Below, in pieces: positions 47,453 through 57,731 of a DNA stretch of 64,000 nt (the stretch's first letter is position 1; each line of letters starts with the position of its first letter). The DNA lies in IMG/VR virus record IMGVR_UViG_2162886007_000107, positions 1 through 64,000 of that record, one strand, 5' to 3'. The notes beneath the pieces were generated by a model. That model worked only from the letters and a program-made list of their open reading frames with translations. It made no database searches and was not told the origin of the DNA. Both the position numbers and the translations under genes were made by a program.

Positions 47453-50119
47453 ATGAACGAAAGGAGCCCGGTAGACGACACACCATTGGTGCGTCACGCC
47501 GAAAGTCGCCTCTGGGCTAACCCGGAGGAGAATGGTCAGTACCAAGTAAAAATGGTGCGCATTACTCCAGATGAAGGGGTAGTGGTGAACTTCGGTTACA
47601 TGGGGAAGTGGCGGTCATTACCTCGTGAAAAACGTACCTTCCACATCTTTACCGTAGCAGGCTTGGTTCCGGGGTATTGGAACTTCCGTAACAACGTCCT
47701 GTTGCGTAACCCGTTGGACCGTTGGGTCAATGCGGGTCGCTTGTGTAAGACTCGTGGTGTAATGCTGGATCTCTACGACGAGAAGGGTTTCCAGTATCCT
47801 CGCAGCTATGCTTGGATCATGCACACTTACGACGGCCTTACACTGATTGCTTTTGAGAAGTTCCCACAATACCCTATCCCTTCCAAGAAGGCGATGTGGT
47901 TCCGCTGCTACACCCCAAGTAGCCCAGTGGATAAGTGGGAGAACTCCACTCCAGATCGTAACCCCTACGAATACGAGTGTATGCGTTACTCCCGTCCTGA
48001 TGAAATGCAGACCTTCATGGCCATGTACAACAGGATGAAGAGCAAGCCAGGCTACACAGGGGTGTTCCATAACGGTGCTTTCTTTAAGGGTGCTCCGAAC
48101 GCTATCCCTGACCTGAAGTCGAATGACCTGGTAGAGATCTGGCACGATCCAACCGTACTGCGTGTTGAAACCTACGCTTACAGCAGCATGTTCGACTTCT
48201 ACTCGGAGTTGGATAAGAAGCGCAAGGTTATCGTGCATCCGCCGAAACGTAAGGGTGATTTCACTCTGCGTTACTTCGATGACAACGATTACTTCATGAC
48301 CGCCCGTAACAACCGAGGCTTGATGCTTCCTCGTTACGACGTTACTGCTGTACGGCAGTTAACTCATGCTGACGTTGCGATTGCGGATGAGTTTGTCCAG
48401 AACGCTGCTACTTACCACCCTGACCTGGCCAAGGTGGAGAATATCCAGATTACTGTGTTGGTTCGGAAGAGTAGTTGGCAGTTTGATTGGCCTCAAGAGC
48501 ATCAGCGTTTCCGTTACCTTTATCGGTTGCCGGATGCGGATATCTTGCGAGCCATGACAGGTCCTCGGGCTCTTGTCCCTGAGTGGGAAGCCAAGACCTT
48601 GGAGGCGGGAGCAGTCAGTTCCTTCACTCGTCTTCAGTGGAACAAGATCAATCGTGAGAACTCTGCTTTGGCGGAAGGTTACAACGCGGCTACGCGTGTG
48701 CTGGCTGAAACTCCATTGCCTGCAACTTATGCTCCTGGTACCTTGGGGATTGATGTTCCTTACAGTTACCGTGAAAGCTACACAGCTTGGGAGTATGACG
48801 ACAAGGGTCATTTGATTGGTTACTACAACGCCTACAACCGCTCTAAGTACAGCCCGGTCAATCCGGAATGCGTGATGGTTGAATTCGTAGTAGGTGAAGC
48901 GGGTCGTGAGTTCGATATCACAATCACCAACGTTACCACCAAGGTAGATCCTAATTGGGACCTGCGAGTTTACACGGTGGGTTGGAGCATTGTTACCAAC
49001 ACCACGGTAGGTGATTGGATAGACGTTACGGATGACAAGACTGTCTACGATATCGAAGACGGGAACGTGGTGTGGAAAGGTTTGGACACGGTTAACAAAC
49101 GCGGCATCCTTGTTACCAACAAGAAGAGCATCGCGTATACCTTCCAGCTTGAACACATTGACCACAGTCTCTCGTTTGCTCTGACAGACATTTACGTTGG
49201 CGGTGGACATCTCTTCCCATACAGCCCAGCCGAGTTCGATCTGTGGATGAACAAACATCCCCTGATTGAGAACGTTGACTGGTTGTGGAGAGACGGTCGT
49301 ATCTACGTCCACAACAAGGAGTTCATCGTAGATGGCCCGCAAGAGTTCACTGTACGAGCGCATTCTTTCTACGATAATCTGGTTAGACCTAACTCTGACA
49401 CCGAGCTTGGGTTCGTGGACGGTGGGTGTATTGGTCGCACTGATCGTTATAACCTCCGCGGCGATCGAGTTACTCGTACGGTTATTAATGGGGCGTTGTA
49501 TTTCAGTGATTCTGTTCCTCGCACTGAGCGGCTCGTACCCGCAGACCAATGGGCCGAGCTTAATGGTCGTCCCTATTGCGTCAAGCACATCTACGCTCCC
49601 ATCAAAAGCGTGGTGGACTACAAGCACTTCCCATTGAGGGCTCGTAGTCGGGAAACGGATCAGAACGTTAGCGATTACCTTACTGAATATCTGCCTAAGC
49701 CTCGTACTCTTGCTGAAGAGATTCATTACGAGAAAGGGGATAGTCCTGGTCCAATCGGGACGAAGGCAGCCATTACCAACATCCAGGATAAATACCGTCT
49801 GTTCAGTCCGTTCATGAATGCCGTGACAAACGCCATTCTGAATAAGCTGCTGACAGTACCTGAGTTCGGGGATGGGGAAACCACGTTCAGTGAGCAGCAA
49901 GTCCGTGATCTGGTTAAGCAGTACATCTGGTGGTTGGAGTTTGATCCACTCATCCTGAACTATGATCTGCGGTTCTTTGCGGTAATGCCTTACGCAAACT
50001 TCGAGATGGTTGAAGTAACAGCTCCGGAATTTGTTTTCCTGAAGATTGTGAACCGACTGTTCCTTAAATCCGCCTGTCACATTGAAGGGCATTATGGAGT
50101 AACCAAGTATGGCAGGTAA
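47453..50119 (+). CDS. Virion structural (baseplate-region) protein (phiKZ gp27 position)
   Basis: ~890 aa; synteny. Confidence 0.7.
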   Translation: MNERSPVDDTPLVRHAESRLWANPEENGQYQVKMVRITPDEGVVVNFGYMGKWRSLPREKRTFHIFTVAGLVPGYWNFRNNVLLRNPLDRWVNAGRLCKTRGVMLDLYDEKGFQYPRSYAWIMHTYDGLTLIAFEKFPQYPIPSKKAMWFRCYTPSSPVDKWENSTPDRNPYEYECMRYSRPDEMQTFMAMYNRMKSKPGYTGVFHNGAFFKGAPNAIPDLKSNDLVEIWHDPTVLRVETYAYSSMFDFYSELDKKRKVIVHPPKRKGDFTLRYFDDNDYFMTARNNRGLMLPRYDVTAVRQLTHADVAIADEFVQNAATYHPDLAKVENIQITVLVRKSSWQFDWPQEHQRFRYLYRLPDADILRAMTGPRALVPEWEAKTLEAGAVSSFTRLQWNKINRENSALAEGYNAATRVLAETPLPATYAPGTLGIDVPYSYRESYTAWEYDDKGHLIGYYNAYNRSKYSPVNPECVMVEFVVGEAGREFDITITNVTTKVDPNWDLRVYTVGWSIVTNTTVGDWIDVTDDKTVYDIEDGNVVWKGLDTVNKRGILVTNKKSIAYTFQLEHIDHSLSFALTDIYVGGGHLFPYSPAEFDLWMNKHPLIENVDWLWRDGRIYVHNKEFIVDGPQEFTVRAHSFYDNLVRPNSDTELGFVDGGCIGRTDRYNLRGDRVTRTVINGALYFSDSVPRTERLVPADQWAELNGRPYCVKHIYAPIKSVVDYKHFPLRARSRETDQNVSDYLTEYLPKPRTLAEEIHYEKGDSPGPIGTKAAITNIQDKYRLFSPFMNAVTNAILNKLLTVPEFGDGETTFSEQQVRDLVKQYIWWLEFDPLILNYDLRFFAVMPYANFEMVEVTAPEFVFLKIVNRLFLKSACHIEGHYGVTKYGR

Positions 50120-51845
50120 CATGTTTGATAGCTCGCCGGTGACGAACCTCCTCACCGGTGCAGCTCCTGCTACTCAACCCACTGGGTTGAACAAGGGGGA
50201 ACGACGTTCTATCCTCTACATTGAGGACATGTACGACCCAGACATTCACCCGGTTAGCGAAAAAGAGAACTACGTGGTTCCTTTTGAGAACCAGGCGATC
50301 ATCGATGTGGTCAACGGCATGTGGTATCGCTGTATCCATGTGGACACCGAGGGGACCTTGAAGGCTACCTTGGTTCCTCTGGTCTGGCAGAACCCGACTG
50401 ACGTTAACGTGGTTGAGCAGGATTGGTTGTTTGGCATGAAGGGCGGCCCATTCATTGGTGAAGCTCTGCTGGCTATCGATTTCAGTGTTCGTCCGAACGT
50501 AGCACGTGTGGATAGTACCATCATGCGTCCTGGTGCTGACTATGCGCTGCTTTATCGTGGTCAGACCCCTGATGGTAAGGGTCGGATCATTTCGGCCGTA
50601 TACAACCAGAACGGGGACCTCATCACCAATGAGATTCCTACCCCTTTGGCAGAGATTATCGATCGCACCAACTCGATGATCAAAACCACTGGTCAGTTCA
50701 GCGTTACTGAAAACGAGGAAGCCCTACCTAACGGTACTCAGGCTGTCTTGTGCTTCTACGCTACTGGTGGTGTCTTCATTCCTCCGGCCCAACTTGTACG
50801 TGTGCAACATTCTGCATACATGAAGGATCATCGGATCGGGATTAAGTACATCGATCGGATTCAACTCATCTCGCCATGGTTCACCAACAGTAACCAACCG
50901 GATACCTTGGTGCTTCCTATCAACACGCCGATCAGTCAGATCGAATTCCGTGCTGAGAAGATCTACAACGATGGGTCGAGTTCTGGTCCTCTACCAGTAA
51001 ACGGTACTGTGTTCACGCTGCATGGTTTGAACGAGTATCGTCCGTCCTATCCTGGTCAGAGCGCAGAAGTGGTGTTGATTGCCGAGTTGGCTGATGACGA
51101 ACGCATGCTCTTGCCTCAACCTGGTAGTCCGAACTTTGCTCGGGCAACTTACACCATGGTTGCCGGTGCGGTGGAAGGAGCCTACTCTCCACGCGTCTTC
51201 ACTTACCCACAGTGGGATTCGGCGATCAACGGTTACAGTCTTCAGCACTTCCTGTATGACCTGGACCGTAAGGCTTGGGTTGATGTCACTCAACAGGTTA
51301 CGCTCAATGACAAGAGCCCGGCATGGCGTCCAGCCGCTTACGGTACGGCGCAGAGCATGATCTTCAACATCAACCTGCGGGATGTTGCTCCTACCTACAA
51401 GTCGGAGACCTTCATCCAGTACACCGAGATCGTGTTGTATCGCGACCTCAACACCGCAGGCAAGAAGTGGGACGTCAGCTTCGTGTTCGACAAACCTACT
51501 TACGGTGCTCTCAACTTGAAAGCCACCAACAATGGTGCTGCAAGTAAAGCGAACATCCGTAACGAGATCTGGTATCAGAAGGACTGGATCGACGCAATGT
51601 ACTGGGGTGTGTACCCAAGCTACAACGTGTGGGATGAAGACAAGGCTCCTGAACCAACGCACTTCTACCTGCGTCATCCAACCGATGGTCGCAAGTGGTT
51701 GTTCCCGTTGGAACAATGGTCTGAAGATCTGCCAATGCCTATCTCGATGCAGCCTGGTACTACCTGGTACGTTGACTGGGTACGTCGTGATTCGACCGGT
51801 AGTGAATTGCAGCTCGCAACAACTGGCGTTACCGTTACGTTGTAG
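50109..51845 (+). CDS. Virion structural protein (phiKZ gp26 position)
   Basis: 578 aa, beta-rich; directly upstream of terminase. Confidence 0.7.
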   Translation: MAGNMFDSSPVTNLLTGAAPATQPTGLNKGERRSILYIEDMYDPDIHPVSEKENYVVPFENQAIIDVVNGMWYRCIHVDTEGTLKATLVPLVWQNPTDVNVVEQDWLFGMKGGPFIGEALLAIDFSVRPNVARVDSTIMRPGADYALLYRGQTPDGKGRIISAVYNQNGDLITNEIPTPLAEIIDRTNSMIKTTGQFSVTENEEALPNGTQAVLCFYATGGVFIPPAQLVRVQHSAYMKDHRIGIKYIDRIQLISPWFTNSNQPDTLVLPINTPISQIEFRAEKIYNDGSSSGPLPVNGTVFTLHGLNEYRPSYPGQSAEVVLIAELADDERMLLPQPGSPNFARATYTMVAGAVEGAYSPRVFTYPQWDSAINGYSLQHFLYDLDRKAWVDVTQQVTLNDKSPAWRPAAYGTAQSMIFNINLRDVAPTYKSETFIQYTEIVLYRDLNTAGKKWDVSFVFDKPTYGALNLKATNNGAASKANIRNEIWYQKDWIDAMYWGVYPSYNVWDEDKAPEPTHFYLRHPTDGRKWLFPLEQWSEDLPMPISMQPGTTWYVDWVRRDSTGSELQLATTGVTVTL

Positions 51846-51927
51846 TTGTAATTTTATACACTTACGCACTCAGGAGGGGAAACCCTCCTGGGGACGTATG
51901 CCGTTTATATATTCGGGGTATTTCATT

Positions 51928-54900
51928 ATGTCTTTGGACCGCTCTGAAATTCTGAAGATCGCTAAGGATATGCAGAATTACTTGGGGGCGCATTTACTTC
52001 CCAAGAAACTGATCGACGATGAATTGAACCTTGTCGACTCAGATGCCAGGACAGATGACGATACAGTTTTGGCGCATTTTGAAGAAGACAGTCTGCACGG
52101 TATCAAGACTGTTCGTTTTCTGAAAGACTTTGCTCGCTATCGAGCAACAGCTGACACAGAGACAAAGAACACCAGCTTTAAACGTACCGCAGAGATCTTC
52201 CGGCAACAGGGGATTAAGAACTATTTCTTCCTGTTGCAGTTGAACAACCCGATGCTCAAAGGTGTTGACCCTTACTCGGAGAATTTGACTAACGAGCAAG
52301 TTCTCTGGATTGCTGAGGAATGCCGGACCAACTTCTGGTACTTCCTTCGTGAGGTTTGTAAGGTTCGTGCTGACCGGTTCTTCCAAGCTAACCGCGGCAA
52401 CATCAGCTTTATCTGGAACTATCTGAACCACATCACCAGTTACATGATCATGCCTCGGCAGCAGGGTAAGTTCCAAGAGAACGAAACTCCTGTACGGATC
52501 ATTCCTCGTGAGATCGTTGGTAACACTAATCCTGCTGACCATTGGACAACTATTGGTCAGTTGCGCATCGGTGATCAGGTAGTAGACCATCACGGTGAGG
52601 CTAGTACTGTTATCGGTGTTCACCCACAAGGTAAAAAGCGTCTTTACAAGATTACCTTCAGTGACGGTCGTTCTACCAATGCTGGTGCTGAGCACTTGTG
52701 GTTAATTGGTGATCATTCGGATACTCTCAATGGAGAATGTATCTGGGACGAGAAGACCACCGCTGAATTGCTTTACAAGTGGCAGAACGGTGTCAAGATT
52801 GAACTGCCGTTGATCAAGCCTGAGGACAACTGCAAGAACAACTTCATCATCAAGCCTTACATCATGGGCCTGATGTTTGCAAACGAAGTTGTGGATGGAA
52901 AGATCTACGTAGATCCGATCAAGGAGATCACGGCTAATGTTCTGCGTCATGGCACACCTACTCATCTGACCTATCGGGTTGATAATGGTAGTCAGTACCT
53001 GGAACGGGCTGATAAATCGCCTCTGACCCTTAATCAGGAAGCTGGTCTCCCAGCAGACTACCTGGAAGGTTCTTTGCAGGACCGTAAGGACCTCTTAGAG
53101 GCGTTTCTACACAAATCTCGCACTACCTCTGAGGGTCGGTTCCTACCATCCTCTAACAACGTTCTAATGACTCAGATTCAATATCTGATTCGTGGCTTGG
53201 GCGGTACTGCCAAGAAAGTTGAAGGTGGGTTGCAGTTCACTCTGCAAGGCGATGCTGGTAACGAACTCTTCATTTCCGATATCAGTTATTTGGTCGATGC
53301 GGATTGTACTTGCATTGAGGTGGATAACGAGGAACATCTGTATTTGGCGGAAGACTTCATTGTCACGCACAACACAGTATCAGTTCAGGTAATTAACTTC
53401 TGGCTGACGTATATCAACGGCCGTGGTTACAAGACTCATGTCATTACCTTGAAGAGTGATAACCGTGCTCAGTTCATTGACGCGGTTAAACGGATGAGGG
53501 CCTGTGTTCCTAAGTATTTGGTTAACTCCACGTACAAGGACAAGGACGCAGGTACTTATCTAACGTATAAAGCTTTTGGTGATGAGCTGGTAAACACCTT
53601 AACCATTAGCGTTCCTCAGATCGGTAAGGATGCCGCGGGGGACATGGGTCGTGGTTTGACGGTAGGGACAACCTTCCTCGACGAACCGGCCTACATTTCG
53701 TGGATCGAGGAAATCGTCAACGGCGCGATGCCTTCTGCTTTGACAGAGATGGAGTTGATGAGGGCCAACGGGTTGCCGTACGGGATTGGTTACATTACAA
53801 CACCAAACACAACTCTGCACCCATCTGGCGACTACATGTTCAAGAAACTCATGTCTGCTACCGAGTGGCGTGAGAAGTTCTTTGATTCGTACAGTGAGAG
53901 TCATCTCAAAGACAGGCTCATTCGGGCTTCTCCAGAGAAGACGACCAGTCCGGCGATCAGCATGGTTTACAACTACATGCAGCTTGGCAAGAACAAGGAC
54001 TGGGTGAAGCGAACCATTGACGATCTGAAACTTAGTTTGTCTAAGGCTAAGATCGACTTGCTGTTGATGTGGGTTGAAGATGGCGAGAACCGATTGTTTG
54101 ACGACCTTACTCGTGAAGCGATCAGTAACGTTAAACGACAACCAGTGTGGAGTAAAGAGTATCGGAACAGTGGGTTGTTCATGGACTTCTTCTGTACCCA
54201 GGAAGAGTTAATCCGAATGGGCAAGAAAGAGTACAACGATCACTTCCTTATTGGGGTCGATACCTCCTCCGCTATCAACAAGGACGCCTGTACGCTCATC
54301 ATTCGCTCTATGAAGACTGGTAAGGTCATTGGCGTAGGTCGCTATGCCCTGGCTATGCTGGACGACGTTACAGCGATTATTGTGGACATGCTGGAAACCT
54401 TGCAAAACAGTCTGTTGGTCATTGAACGTAACTACGCTCACCACATGATCGATAGTCTGCTGATCCTTCTGCCTGCAAAAGGCATGGATCCATTCATGCG
54501 TATCTACAATCAGGTTTACCAAAGCCCGATTGACCATCAGAAAGAACTGGAGCTAGTGCAGTCAACCAAGTTCGCCTACAGAGATAAGAACTTCTACCTG
54601 AAGCTCAAGCATCTGTTTGGTTTCGTTACCACTGCTAACTCTCGGAAGATTCTGTATGGCTTGATTCAAGAAGCCGTGGCTGTGACTGGTTATGGTATCA
54701 ATTACGACAAGTTGGCTGATGAACTGATTAACCTCAGGACTAAGGGCGACCGTATTGACCACGACGCGAAACAGCACGATGACTTGGTAATCGCATGGCT
54801 GCTCACTTACTGGTTCATTAAGCTGGGTGCTAACAAACCGTTCTACGGAATCATGGGTGCGTTGGCTCTTAGCGATACACAGAACCTGTTGGATGCTGGC

Positions 54901-55158
54901 AAAGAAAGTAAACAGGCTCCGATGGATCCGAGTATCAAACTGTTCTTTGAACAAGTAAGGTTGAAAATCAATAACCTTACCGAGGAGCTGCTGCGTACTA
55001 CGGACAACATCCTGGCACTGCGGTTGGAAGCAGAGATTATGAAGTACTCTAAACTCCTGCCCCCAGAAACTGCCAAGCTGCTTACTATCGATACATTGCT
55101 GGAAAAGGCGCGTCTCGAAAGAACGCGTCGAGTTATGGAAAACAGAAGAGCAGCATAA
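51928..55158 (+). CDS. terL: Terminase large subunit, intein-containing
   Basis: Walker A PRQQGK|T split by an intein, Walker B FLDE, YITT coupling motif, nuclease motifs GVDTS, IERN and HDD. Confidence 0.95.
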   Translation: MSLDRSEILKIAKDMQNYLGAHLLPKKLIDDELNLVDSDARTDDDTVLAHFEEDSLHGIKTVRFLKDFARYRATADTETKNTSFKRTAEIFRQQGIKNYFFLLQLNNPMLKGVDPYSENLTNEQVLWIAEECRTNFWYFLREVCKVRADRFFQANRGNISFIWNYLNHITSYMIMPRQQGKFQENETPVRIIPREIVGNTNPADHWTTIGQLRIGDQVVDHHGEASTVIGVHPQGKKRLYKITFSDGRSTNAGAEHLWLIGDHSDTLNGECIWDEKTTAELLYKWQNGVKIELPLIKPEDNCKNNFIIKPYIMGLMFANEVVDGKIYVDPIKEITANVLRHGTPTHLTYRVDNGSQYLERADKSPLTLNQEAGLPADYLEGSLQDRKDLLEAFLHKSRTTSEGRFLPSSNNVLMTQIQYLIRGLGGTAKKVEGGLQFTLQGDAGNELFISDISYLVDADCTCIEVDNEEHLYLAEDFIVTHNTVSVQVINFWLTYINGRGYKTHVITLKSDNRAQFIDAVKRMRACVPKYLVNSTYKDKDAGTYLTYKAFGDELVNTLTISVPQIGKDAAGDMGRGLTVGTTFLDEPAYISWIEEIVNGAMPSALTEMELMRANGLPYGIGYITTPNTTLHPSGDYMFKKLMSATEWREKFFDSYSESHLKDRLIRASPEKTTSPAISMVYNYMQLGKNKDWVKRTIDDLKLSLSKAKIDLLLMWVEDGENRLFDDLTREAISNVKRQPVWSKEYRNSGLFMDFFCTQEELIRMGKKEYNDHFLIGVDTSSAINKDACTLIIRSMKTGKVIGVGRYALAMLDDVTAIIVDMLETLQNSLLVIERNYAHHMIDSLLILLPAKGMDPFMRIYNQVYQSPIDHQKELELVQSTKFAYRDKNFYLKLKHLFGFVTTANSRKILYGLIQEAVAVTGYGINYDKLADELINLRTKGDRIDHDAKQHDDLVIAWLLTYWFIKLGANKPFYGIMGALALSDTQNLLDAGKESKQAPMDPSIKLFFEQVRLKINNLTEELLRTTDNILALRLEAEIMKYSKLLPPETAKLLTIDTLLEKARLERTRRVMENRRAA
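52471..53373 (+). mobile_element. Class-3 intein (301 aa) in terminase Walker A, with degenerate LAGLIDADG domain
   Basis: Removing it restores RQQGK-TVSV; HLW, block F Cys (CTCIEV), VTHN|T. Confidence 0.92.
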
Positions 55159-55162
55159 AGAC

Positions 55163-55201
55163 TATAACCCCTCCCACCCTTCTGGGGTGGGAGGGGTTAT
55201 A
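55163..55201. terminator. 17-bp perfect hairpin between convergent genes
   Basis: TATAACCCCTCCCACCC-ttctg-GGGTGGGAGGGGTTATA. Confidence 0.75.
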
Positions 55202-55213
55202 TCTGACTAAAGC

Positions 55214-55507
55214 TTATCGGCGGTTACGGATGCAATGCTCAGTGAAGCTACCCAGGTCGCGGCCTTGCAGAGCCCCTTCCAGTTTAAGACCTTGGGACAG
55301 GTCTTTGAAAGCTACTTCAGACACCAGGGCGGTGCTGTAGAACTGTGTACCAGGAACTTCCACATCGGTCTCTTCGAAGACCTTGCCCGGGACAGCGACA
55401 GGGGCTACGAAGAAGGCAGCGTCTTCACCACTTTTGTGAGTGAGGGTGACGGTACCCAACATGTGAGTGTCACTGGAAGTTTTGATCTGAGCGTTGGAGA
55501 GTTTCAT
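55214..55507 (-). CDS. Hypothetical protein
   Basis: 97 aa with AGGA RBS; last gene of the minus-strand operon. Confidence 0.65.
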   Translation of the reverse strand: MKLSNAQIKTSSDTHMLGTVTLTHKSGEDAAFFVAPVAVPGKVFEETDVEVPGTQFYSTALVSEVAFKDLSQGLKLEGALQGRDLGSFTEHCIRNRR

Positions 55508-55520
55508 GGATGGATAGTCC

Positions 55521-56873
55521 TTAGTCGTAAAGGTCTTTTGATAGGATTCGGATAACGATGTAGAGACTCAGACCTGCCCGAAGCGATTGGACCGTAATGG
55601 GGGTCTTAACGCCAGATAGTTCCTTAACGATCTCTTCACCGAGTGTACGTACTTCTTTAACGGTATCGTTCTTGCTCTTTGGAGCACCGTAAGCTCCACG
55701 AAGTCTGACCAGCACATCATAGACGTTTGTCTTCTTGATGTTGTTTGCGTGTAGATACTCGATCATGTGAGTGATCACGGCGTCGATGAATTGCTTGCCT
55801 TTAGGCTTCTTGGGATTCTTGTAGTACCCAGGGAGCTGTTGGACAATATACTCCAGCTTGGTCGTGTTCGGATGTTCAAGTACCGATGACGCATACTTAA
55901 CAAGCTCTGGTTTAAAGAAAGATGTTTCCTCTGTGAGGATGCGCTCAATGTACGTGTTGTACGCCACTGCGTCTTTCTGGACAGACTTGATTGTCACCTC
56001 ATCCTTAAGGTTGACCTTTGCCCCTTCAATGCTCACGATGTCAGTTTTGTTCTTAACGTCGTGGAAGACTTTGTTGATATCGTTGATGAGCCGGCGGAAC
56101 CGGTTCTGGATATCACCGACCATGTAGATGATCTTCTTGTCATCTTCCATTCGGCTGTAAGCTTCGAAGTGAATACCGGTCTTGGGATCGAGGATAAACT
56201 CAGCGCGAGCCTCGATAAGCTTCTTCCAAGAACCGTAACGCTTGATGTCATACTTCAGACTCAAGCGGTTGTAGGTCTCAATCACCACCTCACGACGAGC
56301 CTGGTAGGGATAGTCGTTATGGATGATGCTGGTAAAGCACTTGTAGTGGTACATGCAGATGATATCCACCAAAGCCTGGTGTTTAGTCTTCTGGTCCAAC
56401 TTCGAGTGATATACCCGGAACAACAGATAAGGAATAGTCAGGTTAAAGACATCCCCTACTACGTTCCATTCCTTCTCTACAGCCTTAACCTCGTGGAGGT
56501 TCTCCTTGAGTTCCTCTTCATCAACGTCGAAGATCTCAGAGAACCAAAGGTTACGGTCCCCAGTAGTGAAGGTAATCTTCTGCAACCCCAAATAGGGACT
56601 ACCGAAGAATTCCTGGTAATCGACAACCCCTACACGACGAGTGATGAAGTTGTAGACATACCGACGCAGTTGCAAAGCCCATTTGTTATCGATGTCCAGG
56701 TACTTACCGAACTTATCACAAACAGCTTTGATCGCGTTAGAGCTTTCATAGTTGATGTCGGAGAACAAAGCCTCCATACCGTCAACACAACCAGGGCCGT
56801 GATCGGACTTGGGTTCAAACCAGCTGAGGATATCCAGCTTGTCACTAGGTGGTAGCTCTTGGTAGATCGACAT
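55521..56873 (-). CDS. Conserved protein, probably head-packaged
   Basis: 450 aa with AAGGAG RBS; N-terminal VDGMEAL candidate cleavage site. Confidence 0.7.
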   Translation of the reverse strand: MSIYQELPPSDKLDILSWFEPKSDHGPGCVDGMEALFSDINYESSNAIKAVCDKFGKYLDIDNKWALQLRRYVYNFITRRVGVVDYQEFFGSPYLGLQKITFTTGDRNLWFSEIFDVDEEELKENLHEVKAVEKEWNVVGDVFNLTIPYLLFRVYHSKLDQKTKHQALVDIICMYHYKCFTSIIHNDYPYQARREVVIETYNRLSLKYDIKRYGSWKKLIEARAEFILDPKTGIHFEAYSRMEDDKKIIYMVGDIQNRFRRLINDINKVFHDVKNKTDIVSIEGAKVNLKDEVTIKSVQKDAVAYNTYIERILTEETSFFKPELVKYASSVLEHPNTTKLEYIVQQLPGYYKNPKKPKGKQFIDAVITHMIEYLHANNIKKTNVYDVLVRLRGAYGAPKSKNDTVKEVRTLGEEIVKELSGVKTPITVQSLRAGLSLYIVIRILSKDLYD

Positions 56874-56882
56874 GGAAGCTCC

Positions 56883-57731
56883 TTAGATTCGACGAGGCAC
56901 TGCCATGCGTACGTTGTTGTTAACGTTAATCCGATCGTTCCAAGCCATGCAACGAGTCCAGTCTTCTTTCAGGAAGCGCTTGTACTCATCCCATGCATCC
57001 TTGAAGTCGTTAATGTCATCACGGATATCGTCGAGAGGAACGCCACTACGCTGAATAGCCTCGCTTGTAGGGCGTCTGCAGGTGCGATAGATGTAAGCCT
57101 TGACCGCCAGCTCAACCAGGTCAGCAAATTGCTCCCAGTGACGCTCATTGATGTTGGAGAGACCTTCGTCGTACTCCATGGTCATCTTGGCACTCATGCT
57201 CATTACTCCGGAGTTCAAACCGAAGATAACGAAGGAGTTGTGACCGGTCATGTGGATGTTGGTGTAGGTAATCGGGAAGTTACGGTTAGGCGACAGACCA
57301 TCCATCAAGGATTGAGTCATATCACTTACTACACCTTGACCACAGGTAGCGCCATCGTTGATACCAATGCCCAGCATACCGGTAGCGGATGTCATGCTAC
57401 CCAGGTAGACCTCTGCTACGGAAATGATCTTGCGACCACCAGTAACGATGTCAGGGACGTTGATTTCAATGCAACCGTTACCCAGGTCACGAATCTTCGA
57501 CCCGCTCAGGTCAATGTACTCTGTCTTACCACCACGAGTGTTACAGGCGGGGAGGACGATACGGTGGATAACCTTGTCAAGGATACCCTGGTCAACCGTG
57601 GTTTGGTTTACTGTGTTGTACCAGTTACCAGACCAGTTACGGTTGGGGTTCTGTTCGAAAGCCAGCTTAAGCAGGTACTCATCGATGTTAGAACCATGAA
57701 GTCTGTTAATAGCGTAGTTAACGCAACTCAT
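56883..57731 (-). CDS. Putative virion structural protein
   Basis: 282 aa with GAGGA RBS; position near terminase. Confidence 0.6.
   Translation of the reverse strand: MSCVNYAINRLHGSNIDEYLLKLAFEQNPNRNWSGNWYNTVNQTTVDQGILDKVIHRIVLPACNTRGGKTEYIDLSGSKIRDLGNGCIEINVPDIVTGGRKIISVAEVYLGSMTSATGMLGIGINDGATCGQGVVSDMTQSLMDGLSPNRNFPITYTNIHMTGHNSFVIFGLNSGVMSMSAKMTMEYDEGLSNINERHWEQFADLVELAVKAYIYRTCRRPTSEAIQRSGVPLDDIRDDINDFKDAWDEYKRFLKEDWTRCMAWNDRINVNNNVRMAVPRRI

Noticed and set aside
51532-51927. N-terminal extension of the terminase ORF in the track
   Set aside because: Overlaps the upstream gene and a hairpin; ATG 51928 is the more plausible start
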